DNA of 64,000 bases from Callorhinchus milii. Lineage: Eukaryota. The notes under the pieces were generated by a model. It saw only the letters and a program-made list of their open reading frames with translations. It had not been told where the DNA came from and did not search any database. This document shows positions 10,560-23,154 of the stretch, one piece after another (position 1 is the stretch's first letter; every line of letters starts with the position of its first letter). Position numbers and translations under genes: made by a program. Where the stretch lies: contig NW_024704743.1 in NCBI RefSeq assembly GCF_018977255.1, forward strand, positions 101,930,001 through 101,994,000, given 5' to 3'.

Positions 10560-11189
10560 AGATGTCACAATGTTGTTATCTCTTGATAATAATTCACTAG
10601 AAGCAGAAACATTTTTGCTTTTGTCTATCAAGATTCCTTCAACCCCAATTTTCTCCCCATGTCTCCTGAAGTATCGACCTTGGCTGGGTATGGTCCTACA
10701 GGCCCCACCAATCACACCTGCCAAATATACCATTTAACAATATGGCTTCACCATTTAGTTCAAACCTTTCATCATCAACGATGCAACCCTCTGGGGAGAG
10801 AGTTCATACGCCACTGCAGGTGAAGGGAAATTTCCATGCTTGGGTGGTATACAACTGTGAACTTTCAGCCTGTATTAGATATGCTTAATTTGATTGGTGG
10901 GGGGAAGAAGGAATTCTTCCTATTCAGCTCTGTTAACAATGCAAGCCAATTTCCTAATGGTATGGAGATCTAATTGGATAGGCATTGGGAAGCTTGCCAG
11001 TGTTTGCCAGTGCAATAAACTAGAAGCTGCATAATTTTAACTAAATTCAAGTAATACTCCAACACAGTTGCTGTGTTCCTCAAGCCTTGGTTTCTGCCAC
11101 ATGGCACCTAATCATTTCTGGTATTGGGTTTCCACATGTATCAGACACCCAGCTGATGGAAAACAAACCTCATGTCCAAGGTGAGATCA

Positions 11190-12352
11190 GCTAACCTTAC
11201 CACAGATGCAGCCAAAACACCTGTCCATATGTTTGTCATCTCTTGCCTTGACTATTCAAATGTCCTCCTTACCGATCTCCCCAGCTACACCATCCATAAA
11301 ATCCAGCTGAACCAAAACTCTGCCGCCCGCATATTCACCCATACGAAACTCCATACCCCCATCACACCAGTTCTAGCCAAACTCCACTGGCTCCTGATCA
11401 CCAAACAGGTTTTTTTCAAGATCCTCACTCTTGTTTTGAAATCCCTTCATGAGGGACTACAATTATATGGAGAGACTAGAGAGGTTGGGATTATTATCCT
11501 TAGAGCAGAGAAGGTTGAGGGGAGATTTGATAGAGATGTTCAAAATTATGAGGGGGTTTGATAGAGTAGATAGGGAGAAACTGTTCCTACTAATGGGTGG
11601 TTGGTAACCAGGGCACATAGATTTAAGATAATTGGCAAACAAACCAGAGGGGAGACGAGGAGACATTTTTTTAATGCAGAAAATTGTTATGGTCTGGAAT
11701 GCACTGCCTGAAAAGGTGGTGGAAGCAGATTCAATAACAGCTTTCAAAAGGGAATCAGATAGGTACTTAAAAATGAAGAATTTGCAGGGCTATGGGCTAA
11801 GAACGGGGCAGTGGGACTAGTTGGTATCCCTTTCAAAGAGCTGGCACTGATAATAATAATAATCCTTGCATTTGATATAGCGCTTATCATGCCTTTGAAA
11901 CTTCTCTAAGAGCTCCACAGAATATACTGTCAAGTGAATTGACTGTATATTTGTGGGCGAAATGCGGCAGTCAATTGCACACAATGGGCCAAATGGCCTT
12001 CGTCTGTGCTGTAAAGTTCTATGATTCTATGCCCTGGCACCTCCATATCTCCTCACTCCCCAAACCACTACCCGCTGCCTCTGCTTGACTGGCTCCAGCT
12101 TCCTGAATGTAACCTCGTACCCTCCGTTCCACCATCGGTGGCTGCACTTCCAATCACTACGTCCAGATGCTCTGAAACACTCTTCCTCTATCCCTACACC
12201 TTGCCACTTCCTTACCCATTTTCAGATTGCACCTAAACACCTTCCTCTTTGATCGTGCCTATGCTCACCTTTTCCCTCCCCCTGGCTCGACATCATGTTC
12301 TGCCACTGTCAAGCATTCTAGGATGCTACTCTGAGTGAGGGGTGTTATATAC
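11190..12352 (+). mobile_element. L2 LINE 3' fragment split by a CR1 insertion (L2 parts 11190-11450 and 12031-12352)
   Basis: [32 protein letters not shown] ends at 11450 and resumes as GCCCTGGCACCTCCATATCTC (ALAPPYL) at 12031. Confidence 0.9.
11451..12030 (+). mobile_element. CR1 LINE 3' end, itself split by a minus-strand SINE (11850-11983)
   Basis: VWNALPEKVVEADSITAFKRE; 3' UTR ATGGGCCAAATGGCC..TGTGCTGTA with (TTCTATGA)n tail after the SINE. Confidence 0.9.
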
Positions 12353-14154
12353 ACGTCCCTTCCAATATTCACACTCAACTCAGCACAGATTGTAGATCAA
12401 ACCCAGGACCTTCTATATGTGATTCAGTGTCACACTGTGCAGTGGCTTCACCAACTCAGAAGAGCTCATCATTTAATGCACGGTCATCAAATATCTTTCA
12501 ATATTGTTTCAATTCTCTCTTAACCTTGGAAAAATAACTGTTCTATTGTTCTGCCAAAACATCTTGCAATTAATTCTGAGTTAGCACAGCCCAGGTGCTA
12601 ACTCAGATTCAAATAGTCTCTCTTTGCTAAGATTGTGTATTCTTCTTGACATGCCTCAGTCTACCTTTTCAGTTTTTGAAACCAACCAAAACGAACACAG
12701 ACACCGAAATTGCAATTAAAATGTTTTGCTCCGAAGGACACCAGTCAAACCACACATCTTTTTTGAAGTTAAGACAATATGCAGCTCAAGGCATTGCTTT
12801 GACCTTGAGAATAGGTATGCTCAGGCTGCTGGATATTTACATATGTATTCTTAATCATGCTATTCATCAAATGATTCGCACGCAGAAGCCCCAAGTCCCC
12901 AATAGTGCTGTCAGTGACTGAATCAATGACAACTATCTGGCATTTCCTATTGACTGAAATGAATGCTGCTTGGGGCATTCCCAGCTGCATTAAAAGAAGT
13001 CTTAAATAGCAAGAGTTCCACCGATTGGTAATTATAGTACAGTACTTGTATCCGAACAGAATGAAAATATTAAGATAAGGACAGAATTGGTCAAAGCAAT
13101 GCTCTGTCCCATTCTTAAATGACCTCAATCACCTTGCATGCTTATTCTTAGGCACACTGAGTTCTGCAGACCAGGAGGGATTTTGATATGTGCTGAATTG
13201 GCTCATCTCAGTTGGGGGATTATAATCGTCTAAAAAATACACAGTCACTGTTGTTTCTAGTAAATTCTGCAAAACAGTTTGAGACTTCCTCTCCTCTCAA
13301 CATAAAACATGCTATATGAAATGCAAGGATAATACTAATAATACAAGTAAACTCGCATAAGTTGTATCACTCGGATATTATTCAGGATAACATTTAATAA
13401 GATATGCAAAGCATGAGTTATGCATAAATAGTATTTTGTATGACTAACACATAACAAATATATCGTACAATGTTCATGTCCTTATGTGCAGAAAACCTAC
13501 AATGAATGGCATGAGCTCTTACAAGGAATTATTACCATTGTAACCGAATTATTTCAATTACTGAAATTTACCGTGCTGTAGTTTCAAACCTACCCAGTAC
13601 TTTGTCAATGCAGTGGGGAAATTCAGTTTTGATGATATGAGTTAGGAGATGATTTCCTTTAAGATTTATTTGGCATACTCAGCCATTTATACGATTTGTA
13701 AAATCCGATCTGCAAAGAAATCAAAGTTTTTTTAATAGGAAAATAAATGGGACTTGGGGGCATTAGGCTATTATAAGATTTAGAATGAGAAGACTTATGC
13801 AAGTTCACCTGTAATAATAGTCGTGCATTTGGCATAGGGTCTTTCACATTGGGAAGATGTTCCAAAGTGCTTCACAGGATTTCCTGTGAAGTGAAATGAC
13901 TGTGTATTTGTGGGCAAATCATTATTACTCCATTCAGTGTCTTGAAGAGAAGATATAATCAACCAGGGTTTCTGTTCCTGATTGAAATTTAATGAATCCT
14001 AAGGTAAACTGCACATGAACTCGGATGTGGTGGTGCCTCCCACCCCCACTTACACAATTGAAAGCCTACTTCTGGACTGCATACAAAGAATAGCTCCTTA
14101 ATCAACATACTTAGGGTTACAAGAGGCAGGGGTACTGTCTCAGTGTCTTTTTTT

Positions 14155-14380
14155 GTCAGCCTGGCTCAGCTGATAGGACACTCAATTCTGAGTGAGAAGA
14201 TGTGGGTTCCAGCCCCATATCTGGATTTTGATCTCGTAATCTAGGCTGACATTCTAATGCATGAGGTAAAAAGTGCTGCAGGACCATTGTTGGAGGTGCT
14301 GACATTTGGGTGAGATGTTAAAACGAGCCCTATTTGCCTGCTCAGATCCCATGGAACTGTTGGAAAAGGAATAGGAAATC
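14155..14380 (+). mobile_element. SacSINE1-like SINE 5' half
   Basis: GTCAGCCTGGCTCAG head, ATCTAGGCTGACA, GGAGGTGC, GATCCCATGG. Confidence 0.8.
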
Positions 14381-15169
14381 TTGGATCAAGCTTTGGATGC
14401 AACCTTTCTGGCAAATTGAAACAGGGGATTTCAATTGGGGGGTACAGAAGAGGATTTCACCTGGGGAGAGACAATTCCACATCTGTCTTTAGGACTACAT
14501 GGAAAAATTTAATAATTATTGAATGTGTTGTGTATCTTTGATTTTTCCCCCAAACTTCTCAGGAAAATAACTTCCACAGCAGAAGGTTTGTTGAAGGCCC
14601 GATAAATACAGTGAAACCAAGCAAAAGTTTCCTGAGATTGTTTTTTGGAATGCATTGAACTGCAGAAAATAAATCACAAGTGCTTGCCAGAAACTTGCAG
14701 TTAGATTAAAAACAAAACTCAATGAATCGCTTACAAAGCCAGAGGAAATAATAGCAAACGTTTGTAACCTGCCAGCAAAGTACCAAATGTCTTCTGACTT
14801 CCAGTCCTGCAAAGATTTATTTCTGTGTATGTGAAAGAAAGAAATAATCAAAAGAATGTTCATAACTGTTTCTAAGATATGTTTCTCAGCAACATTTAAC
14901 AAAGTCTTGTAAATGTGATATCTAATGTATTTTGTCTCTAATCAGCTCCTGTGAATTAAGTTAATAAATTAGTTATCGGATTTCTGTCTCGTGGACAAGT
15001 GTTATTGGAAAAACATTTTCAGCCACGGACAGTACAAAGTCATTAATAAAAAACGTATCTTTCATGTCTACCTAGATAATTCTCTGACATCCACACCCTT
15101 GGAGTTTACAGTAGAGGACACCATCAGCACTTTTAAGGAGAGAGGTGATGATGATCAGACATCTGAAGA

Positions 15170-15580
15170 AAGGGAACAGTTTTCAGAGATAAGGAATGAA
15201 TGATTCAGAGAGAAAAACACTCAGACGGACCTCATCAAAGTGTATCAATTTTAAATAGGATTGAAAAAGCAAACCCAGGGCAATACTTTAGACTATATCA
15301 AGATAATAGAGCAAGAAAAGGTAAGTTTAGATGTGTAAAAGGCAATTTAAGGATAGACACCAGTAAGTTTTTCTTCATTTAGCAGATACTTAATGCCTAG
15401 AACATGAATTACAGCAACTACCCTTCCAGGAAGGGTGATTTTAACCAGGACATTGGACTCATTTACAACACAACTTGATGATGTAATGGGAGGACAGTCG
15501 GGTGATTCTCGAAGGATGCGATCAGTTGGGCTGAAGGTCTTTTTCTTCCAAACCTATCTTGTGATATTTTGGATCTTATG
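15170..15580 (+). mobile_element. Old CR1 3' fragment
   Basis: Decayed ..NRIEKANPGQYF..KGNLRIDTSKFFF; the 3' UTR resembles those at ~18560-18645 and ~47930-48030. Confidence 0.6.
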
Positions 15581-15619
15581 ATTAAATTGAATGAATATGC
15601 AAGGAATCGGAGGCCCTCT

Positions 15620-15620
<1 letters not shown>

Positions 15621-15658
<38 letters not shown>

Positions 15659-15959
15659 CCTTGCATTTGATATAGTGCTTTTCACGTCGGGAGGACGTCC
15701 CAAAGCGCTTCACAGAACACACTGTAAAGTGCATTGACTGTATATTTGTGGGCGAACGCGGCAGCCAATTGCGCACAGCAATGTCCCACAAACAGTCGTA
15801 GATTAAAAATGACCAATTTTATTATTATTTTTGGTTTTGGAGGGATTATTATTAGGCATGTGGAGTAAGGAAACTTGCCCAAGGTTTCTCCCTGCCTGGA
15901 ATTGAACTCAGGTCTCTCGCTTGCAAAGCGAGTGCTCTAACCACTGAGCTACAGGACTC
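15621..15959 (-). mobile_element. Full-length young family A SINE
   Basis: Long (AAT)n tail through GCTACAGGACTC head; CpGs retained; CTCTTA at both ends. Confidence 0.95.
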
Positions 15960-16185
15960 TTACTTTTGACTAGATTATCCATAGAGTACTATTACTCATT
16001 AGCGAGACTCAGTGAGACTTATAGTGGCCATTACACGGAATGCATGAGAAAAAAATTAGCTAGTTATATATATATATATATATACATAATATATATAAGG
16101 CCATTCAAATGTCATTGATAATGTGGAGCCTTCTGATTACTAATTGCATGGTCATGGCATCTTCAAGCTGTAGGTGTAGAGCAAG

Positions 16186-16470
16186 TCAGCCTGGTTCAGT
16201 TGGTTCTTGTCGTACCTGAGTCAGAAGGTTATGGGTTCAAGCCCCATGTTGGGATATGAAGTCACAGTCTAGACTGCAACTCCAATGAAGTGCTGGGGAG
16301 AATTGTATTGTCGGAGGTGTCATACTTCGGATTAGATGTTAAATTGAGGTTTTGTTTGCTTATTTAGATGGATGTTTAATAGTCCATAGCACTATTCAAA
16401 AGAGAGAAGAAAGTTTCTCTCAATATCCAGGCCAACAAACACCCAAATAAAAGCTGATCATTCTCTTCAT
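16186..16470 (+). mobile_element. SacSINE1-like SINE, interrupted at ~16473 by a short minus-strand L2 tail
   Basis: GTCAGCCTGGTTCAGTTGG..GGGTTCAAGCCCC head; TGTCGGAGGTG; the ACAACAACAAGATTCCATTTATAGAGCGCC insert is followed by the TTTGTGGGACATTG continuation. Confidence 0.8.
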
Positions 16471-17952
16471 GACAACAACAACAAGATTCCATTTATAGAG
16501 CGCCTTTCATGTCGGGAGGACTATTTGTGGGACATTGGTGTGTACACATCAATCAATCATAAACCCCACAAATTCCATCCACAGAGTTGAGTGAAGCTTT
16601 GTTACATCTTACAATGCAAGTATCTTACAATTAATTTTTACAAGGTATATGTTAAAAGTTCCAAATTTTAAATATGTGGATAAGAGCAAATCTTCTATGT
16701 CCAAATGCTATCTTAGTCTGACAAACTGGATTACAAGATTACAAATGAGTTTGGATAAACAAGGCCCCTCGACTCATCTGATCTCATCCACCCAGAACAC
16801 CCAATCTGCTATCCTCCCATAAGGTAACAATACACAATTTATATGCTCACGTTTGTCTCCACCTTTAGTGACATTCTAAAGAAATGAAGGTGTTTGGTCT
16901 TGGACAAACATTAATTTTACTTGTACAATACATGTCTTTTTGTTTGAGATTGTGTACTTGTGCACAGAAATGATAACTTAGAAACATTAAATAATATTTC
17001 AACTCTCAAACTTACATCAGTCTCAAAGAAAATTCTTAAAATTTTTGTTTCAACCACATAAATCATCTGATATGGAGGGATCATTTGATGCCGGGGTAAA
17101 CCAAGATCACACAACAAATATTACTGTCATAAACTAGGTCATTGCAGTTCAGCACACAGAGAGTACTGCAAATGGAAGCACTCTACAAGATACAAAAAAT
17201 ATTACCTTCTGGTAGCGGACACTGAGAGGAAATTCATTTTCCCATATATTTGCCTGTGGTTCTTCATTACCCTCTGGCATTGTAAAAAAAAGCAAATAGT
17301 TGGACCAAATGATATAAATTGAAGTTACATTTCAAAGAGGCTTTCAGGAACTTTTTTTAGATTATGGAGCGCAAACAGTTTACATAAGCAACTTTTATTA
17401 AATTGAATTACACAGAATAATATGGCACGGAAATTCAACCCAACCAAAATGTAATGGTGTTTATACTCAATACCAGTTTCTCCCCAACCATTCCACTGTT
17501 CTATATTCCTCTCCATCATGTGAAAGATGCTATATAAATGTAAATTTGTACAGCCTCACAATGTGAAAGCTGCTGTATCAAATGTATGGATACAAGATCC
17601 TGAACTGGGATTTGAAGCTACGACCTTCAAATTCTGAGATGGTGTTAAATGAATGAGCTATGAGCTATGATTAGACACGCTGAGGCTCTAAATCCTTGCA
17701 AAGAGATCTCTCAGAGAGGACCTTGTAGAGATATATAACATTCAAAATGGGATTGAGAAAATGGACTCACAACAACAGCAGCAAGATTACATTTGTACAG
17801 CGCCTTTCACGTCGGGAGGACGTCCCAAGGTGCTGGTTTACAACAGTACAAGAGGTTTAAGATTGCAAAGGGCAATTTCAGGATAGACACCAAGAAGTAT
17901 TTCTTTACCCACAGGTAACAACTTGGAGCAGGTTATCAGGAAGGGTGGTTGA

Positions 17953-18154
17953 AACAACAACAACAAGATTCCATTTATAGAACGCCTTTCACGTAGGGAG
18001 GACGTCCCAAGGTGCTGGATAGTTGGGTCAGGACCCGAGCAGGGGGGTAAATGGTCAGGGTGAGGGGAGGGAAGGGAGGAAGCGAGGAGTGTGTAGAGAG
18101 TCGAGAGGGGAGCTGAAGCACGGTCAAAGAGAAAGGTCTTGAGACCGGCCTTGA
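17953..18154 (-). mobile_element. Young L2 3' end (~200 bp)
   Basis: LKAGLKTFLFDRA plus 3' UTR and (TTG)n; GAAACA duplicated at both ends. Confidence 0.9.
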
Positions 18155-18167
18155 GAAACAGCTTGAT

Positions 18168-18556
18168 GCTCCTACCTCTCCAACCTACTATCCCCCTACC
18201 TTCCTGCCCGTACCCTCCGTTCCTCTGGCTCCGGTCTGCTCCACATCCCCCGCCCCACTGCCCTACCATCGGTGGCTGGGCCTTCAGCCTTTCAGCCCCT
18301 AGGCTCTGGAAGTCTATCCCCCAGTGCCTTCGCCTTGCCTCCTCCCTTCCTCCTTCAAGGCTGGTCTCAAGACCTTTCTCTTTGACCGTGCCTTCAGCTC
18401 CCCTCTCGACTCTCTAGCCCCTCCTCGCTCCCTCCCTTCCCTCCCCTCACCCTGACAATTTCCCCCTGCTCGGGTCCTGACCCAACTGTACAGCGCCTTG
18501 GGACGTCCTCCCGACGTGAAAGGCACTCTCTAAATGGAATCTTGTTTTTGTTGTTG
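18168..18556 (+). mobile_element. Young L2 3' end (~390 bp)
   Basis: PTIGGWAFSLSAPRLWKSIPQCLRLASS; same subfamily as 56809-57430. Confidence 0.9.
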
Positions 18557-19544
18557 TGATGGGAGGATGGGTATTCTGGAGGGATGAGATCAAATGGACT
18601 GAAGGGACTGCTTCAATCAAAATAATCTTGTTGTCTTGTGAATCTTACAAAATAATTCATAAAATGTTTTGAGGAATGGAGCTCTTTGAGGAAGCTGATA
18701 GATAGGGTGATACAGCATGATTGAGTTTGTCAGAATCACAGGAGCCTGTGACTCTCAAACGAAAGGTTCCAGTCAGCTGAAGTTGGTGGGAAAACATCTT
18801 ATTATACTGAATCTATAAATGTCAGGTTGATCGCAGACTCTGCAGAAGTTCAAATATCTATTTTGTTCAGGTATCAATTATTTTGGTCTGGAAGCCACAC
18901 GACCAACTCTAATCAATATCCTTCTCATAATGCAAAATGCATTGAATTGAAACCACACCACTTCATACCACTCAATATGCAGAGAACTAGAGATTTTCTC
19001 TTGGCTCATTAAATGCAACAGTGTTTGCATCCTTGAATGCCAAGGCAGAAAGTGTTTTTTTTGATCAGCCAGGTGTCTGACACATGCAGAAACCCACCAC
19101 CATGCTTAAACAGTATCCAAACGAGACAGAGATTTCCACGCATCCCACCTAAACATGAAAATATCTCTGTGTCTGAAATGGAGTGTGTATTCTCTCCAGG
19201 GGGGATGCTCCCTACGTAATTAATTCTGGAGAGTGTTCAACACAGGCTGGTGAGACCCAATGATTGCCAAAGTGTACATTGAGGTACTGTTGGATTTAAC
19301 CAGCTAAAGCTGTATAGTTTGCTTTAGGAAGAAGTGTCTGGCAAGCTTCATGCCGCTTGTCCGGATAGGGCCTTGACTTTCAGGGTTAACAGGAGCTGAA
19401 TGGGAAGAATCCTTGTTCTTAGTGAGTGGTCTGCCCTCCATCTGCTACCAATGAATGAGGTTGGCTGGTCTGTGATCAGCAATGCCCTGGAATACTTTGT
19501 GTTTGTGGGAGTTGAATATCCCTCCAGTGTGCATTTGACACACT

Positions 19545-19998
19545 GTGCAATTGGCTGCCATGTTTCACCCACAGAATATATGGTCAATTCACTTTAAAGT
19601 ATATTCTGTGAAGCACTTTGAGACATCTAGGAGATGTGATAATAACAATAATAATAATAATAATAATCCTTGCATTTCACGTCGGGAGGACGTCCCAAAG
19701 CGCTTCACAGAATATACTGTAAAGTGAATTGACTGTATATTTGTGGGCGAACGCGGCAGCCAATTGCATACAGCAATGTCTCACAAACAGTCGTAGATTG
19801 AAAATGACCAATTTATTATTGTTTTTGGTTTTGGAGGGATTATTATTAGGTGTGTGGAGTAAGGAAACTTGCCCAAGGTTTCGCCCTGCCTGGGATTGAA
19901 CTCAGGTCTCTCACTTGCAAAGCGAGTGCTCTAACCACTGAGCTACAGGACTCCACGAATAAGGCGCTATATCAAATGCAAGGATTATTATTATTATT
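19545..19998 (+). mobile_element. SINE 3' half split by an inverted family A SINE
   Basis: TGTGCAATTGGCTGCC..GAGACATCTAGGAGATGTG stops at ~19638 and resumes as ATAAGGCGCTATATCAAATGCAAGG at ~19959. Confidence 0.85.
19638..19956 (-). mobile_element. Full-length young family A SINE
   Basis: (AAT)n tail to GCTACAGGACTCCAC head; small deletion in the tail stem. Confidence 0.95.
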
Positions 19999-21008
19999 AA
20001 GACTGAATTCAGGATATTCCTCACAGTGTTAAATTGGTGCTAAGCCTAAGAACCTGAGATTTTTAGACGTCAGTCAGTAATAGCACAACGTCCTGCGAGG
20101 AATGGAGAGGTTTATGAAAAAGCCTTCTGATGAATAGAATATATTGGAGGGGTGGAGGTTTGGAGGGGTGGAGGTTTGTGTGGAGTATGAACACCAGCAT
20201 GAACTAGTTGGGCCATAAAGATTGTTCCTGTGCCTTATCATTCTGTGTATCGATCTATGGAAATGCTATGTCTAGTCCTGGATCAGGAATCTCTAAAGCT
20301 AATTGACATTGATCTGAACCTTCAGGATGAAAGTGAATCATGATAAAGTTGTGGAGCATTGGCAACAAGTATCCTTCTGAAGCCATGATTTAACCAAAAC
20401 TATTTGTTTTGTTGGACTATACAATCTGTCCCTATATAACTTGATAAAATGCACCCTTGGGGACCCGCCATATTCCTCTCTTCTTTGCTTTAATAACAAG
20501 TGCACTTTGCCAGACTCTGCTTCATAGATTGTGTAACACATGGCTACCTATTAGTGCAGCACAGAAAATGCATAAAAATTATTTGTCTTTATAAAGGATG
20601 TTGACAGGTGGCAAACGATTACTGAGTAAATATAAGGTTATATAAAACAGAGTTAACAGTAGCTCAATCTTGTTGATCACTATCTGATTTCTAAACATTA
20701 CACTAACCCTGCGCTTCATTCACTCTTGCTATTTCTGGTCAAATGATAAATTATTGACAGACAATTGTTCTGGAAACAATACAATTTTAGTTATTATACA
20801 TTACACAGCAATTATGAAATAAAACCCAGGACACAAAACTGTGTGAATAATGACTTTAATTACACTGGGTTAAATGTTTTGATTGTTCCACATTGCACTT
20901 TTTTTATTGTTCCAATCGCATCCAACTTACAAATTGCATGTAAGCGGTCCAGGATGCTAACCCGCATGAAGGATACTATATAAATACAGGTTGTTGTTGT
21001 AAAATCAC

Positions 21009-21333
21009 ATAATAATAACAATAATCCTTGAATTTGATATAGCGCTTTTCATGTTGGGAGGGCTTTCCAAAGTGCTTCACAGAACACACTGTAAAGTGAA
21101 TTGACTGTATATTTGTGGGCGAACGCGGCAGCCAATCGCGCACAGCAATGTCCCACAAACATTCGTGGATTGAAAATGACCAATTTATTATTGTTTTTGG
21201 TTTTGGAGGGATTATTATTAGGTGTGTGGAGTAAGGAAACTTGCCCAAGGTTTCGCCCTGACCTGCCTGGAATTGAACTCAGGTCTCTTGCTTGCAAAGC
21301 GAGTGCTCTAACCACTGAGCTACAGGACTCCAC
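21009..21333 (-). mobile_element. Full-length young family A SINE
   Basis: Complete tail-to-head match with 15621-15959; CACATA at both ends. Confidence 0.95.
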
Positions 21334-23122
21334 ATACATGATAAGCACATAACAACAACTTGTATTTATATATTAGCTTTCGCATTGGAGAACATTTCAA
21401 ACAGTTTACACAAACGGAGCAGGATACATAATTATATTACAATATTAAATAAATCATATATTATAAAGTCTTATCACAAATCAAAATAAATGTTTTTGAA
21501 TATTCAAGTATTCAAATAGGGTGGAATGGCTCAGGTAGCGAAAGTGGCTTTTTTTGTTCCTCTATTTCAAATGGTCACAAAATGATTCCGTTTTGTTTGT
21601 TTGGAAAGCCTAATAAAACACAGTTGATTTGTTCTAGATTTATCGTGTTTATCTAGCTTTTCAGTGTTAAGACTTGTCAACTTCTTAAATCCAGCCTTAA
21701 ATTTGAAGCTGGTTTCTGCAAATTCTTTTAAGGACTATGGAAAACTGACTACAAAGTTAAGACTTAATTTAACAATTTGCAAATTCTGGATGCTCCGAAA
21801 TGCTCTAGCTTTAGTTTCTAATTTTACCCTTAAACAACTTTAAGACTCGTAGCCATGTTGGGTTGTTCTGAATTCTAGACAATTGTTAATTCTACACTGT
21901 ATATTTAGTCATTGGAAATGTGTATTCTAAATCCTACATACAATAGAAAACCTCTGACTTGTATGTCATGCAAAATTTTGCGAGGGATCAGAATTACACA
22001 TGTACAAAACATTTTCAGGGTTTTATTCCGAACCCCAGATTAACTACATTTACATACAGGGATATATGTTGTTTTCCTTTGAGCAAAATATTAAAAGGTT
22101 AATTTAAAAAAAGGAGCTCGACAATTCTCACAGGTGTACAGGAATGCATTCGTTGTAGTGAATTTTCTGCACGGTGTTTCTGTTTTCAATAATAATGTAA
22201 AAATGTAATTTTGTCTCAAACATTTGGCTTCTTTTGAGATCATCTTTGGTAGTAATTGACATGCAAGTGTGAAATACGCCTGGTTAAGATGGAGGACATA
22301 TTTTTTCTGACAATACTTTGACAATTTGCAGATTTCATGAATTGGATGCCCATTTTGCAAACTTACGATTACATAGAACATGAAACACAGAAACAGGCCT
22401 TTCAGCCCAAACTAGTCCTTCTTCATCCAAACCTCTCTTATGACCTTGCGTGATGTGCTAAACTCCCAGATACAAGTATTCTCATGTTGCCGTGTGACAC
22501 GTGGCCTGTTACCAGAAGGAGATCTCTTTTGAAGCTCGGAGCTGTTGTGCAACACTCCTGGTACGAAACACTGCAATATAAACCCGTTATTTTAATTGTG
22601 ACAGAAAATGACTGCTCATTTGTATTCCAATGATTGTATTTGTTCAGCTGTATCATTAATTTCACTTTTATCTGCTGTTTCTTGCAATTGCTACAAACTA
22701 TTTTTGGATGCTGAGCTGCCAAATCCAGCTGGACTGCAGTTCTGTGACAACATAATGTGGTCTGATTAACAGTCGTACATGTGTCATGTACATTCCAAAT
22801 GTCCCCATCTCTTTGCTGCGTAACTTCTATAAAGCATAAAAAAGTGACAGGAGGAAAGATCAGCAGCAGTAAGTTTTAGCACATAGTAATAATAATCCTT
22901 GCATTTGATATAGTATCATATCACGTCTTTGAGCCATCACAAAGTGCTTCACAGAATATACTGTAAAGTGAATTGGCTGTTTATTCTGTGGGCAAATTAA
23001 TTAATCAATGAATTAATTCCATATTATGGCGTGTGATTATTTGAATAATTTCGGCACATTTTATTTTGAACAGGATGATGCAGGAATCATTATACTAACC
23101 TTTGCTGTCAAATGAAGCAGTT

Positions 23123-23154
23123 TCTCTCTCTCTCTCTCTCTCTCTCTCGCTCTC
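23123..23154. repeat. (TC)n microsatellite
   Basis: Directly visible dinucleotide run. Confidence 0.95.

Larger units (their letters stand above)
17690..18645 (+). mobile_element. Old CR1 3' fragment hosting three L2 insertions
   Basis: GAGGACCTTGTAGAGATATATAA, AAGAAGTATTTCTTTACCCACAG and CAGCTTGATGCT|GTGATGGGAGG pieces separated by L2 tails. Confidence 0.6.

Noticed and set aside
14516..14902. 128-aa ORF
   Set aside because: No recognisable motif, composition typical of AT-rich non-coding DNA, and only weak splice signals.
15582..15882. Repeated small ORFs (MGKFPYST.., ..KCKDYYYY) as a peptide family
   Set aside because: They are incidental translations of SINE copies; the poly-Y/I/N runs come from the (ATT)n tail.
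17206..17273. Minus-strand exon candidate (EGNEEPQANIWENEFPLSVRYQK)
   Set aside because: Plausible AG/GT ends, but more than one frame is open, the peptide is unrecognised and there are no linked exons.
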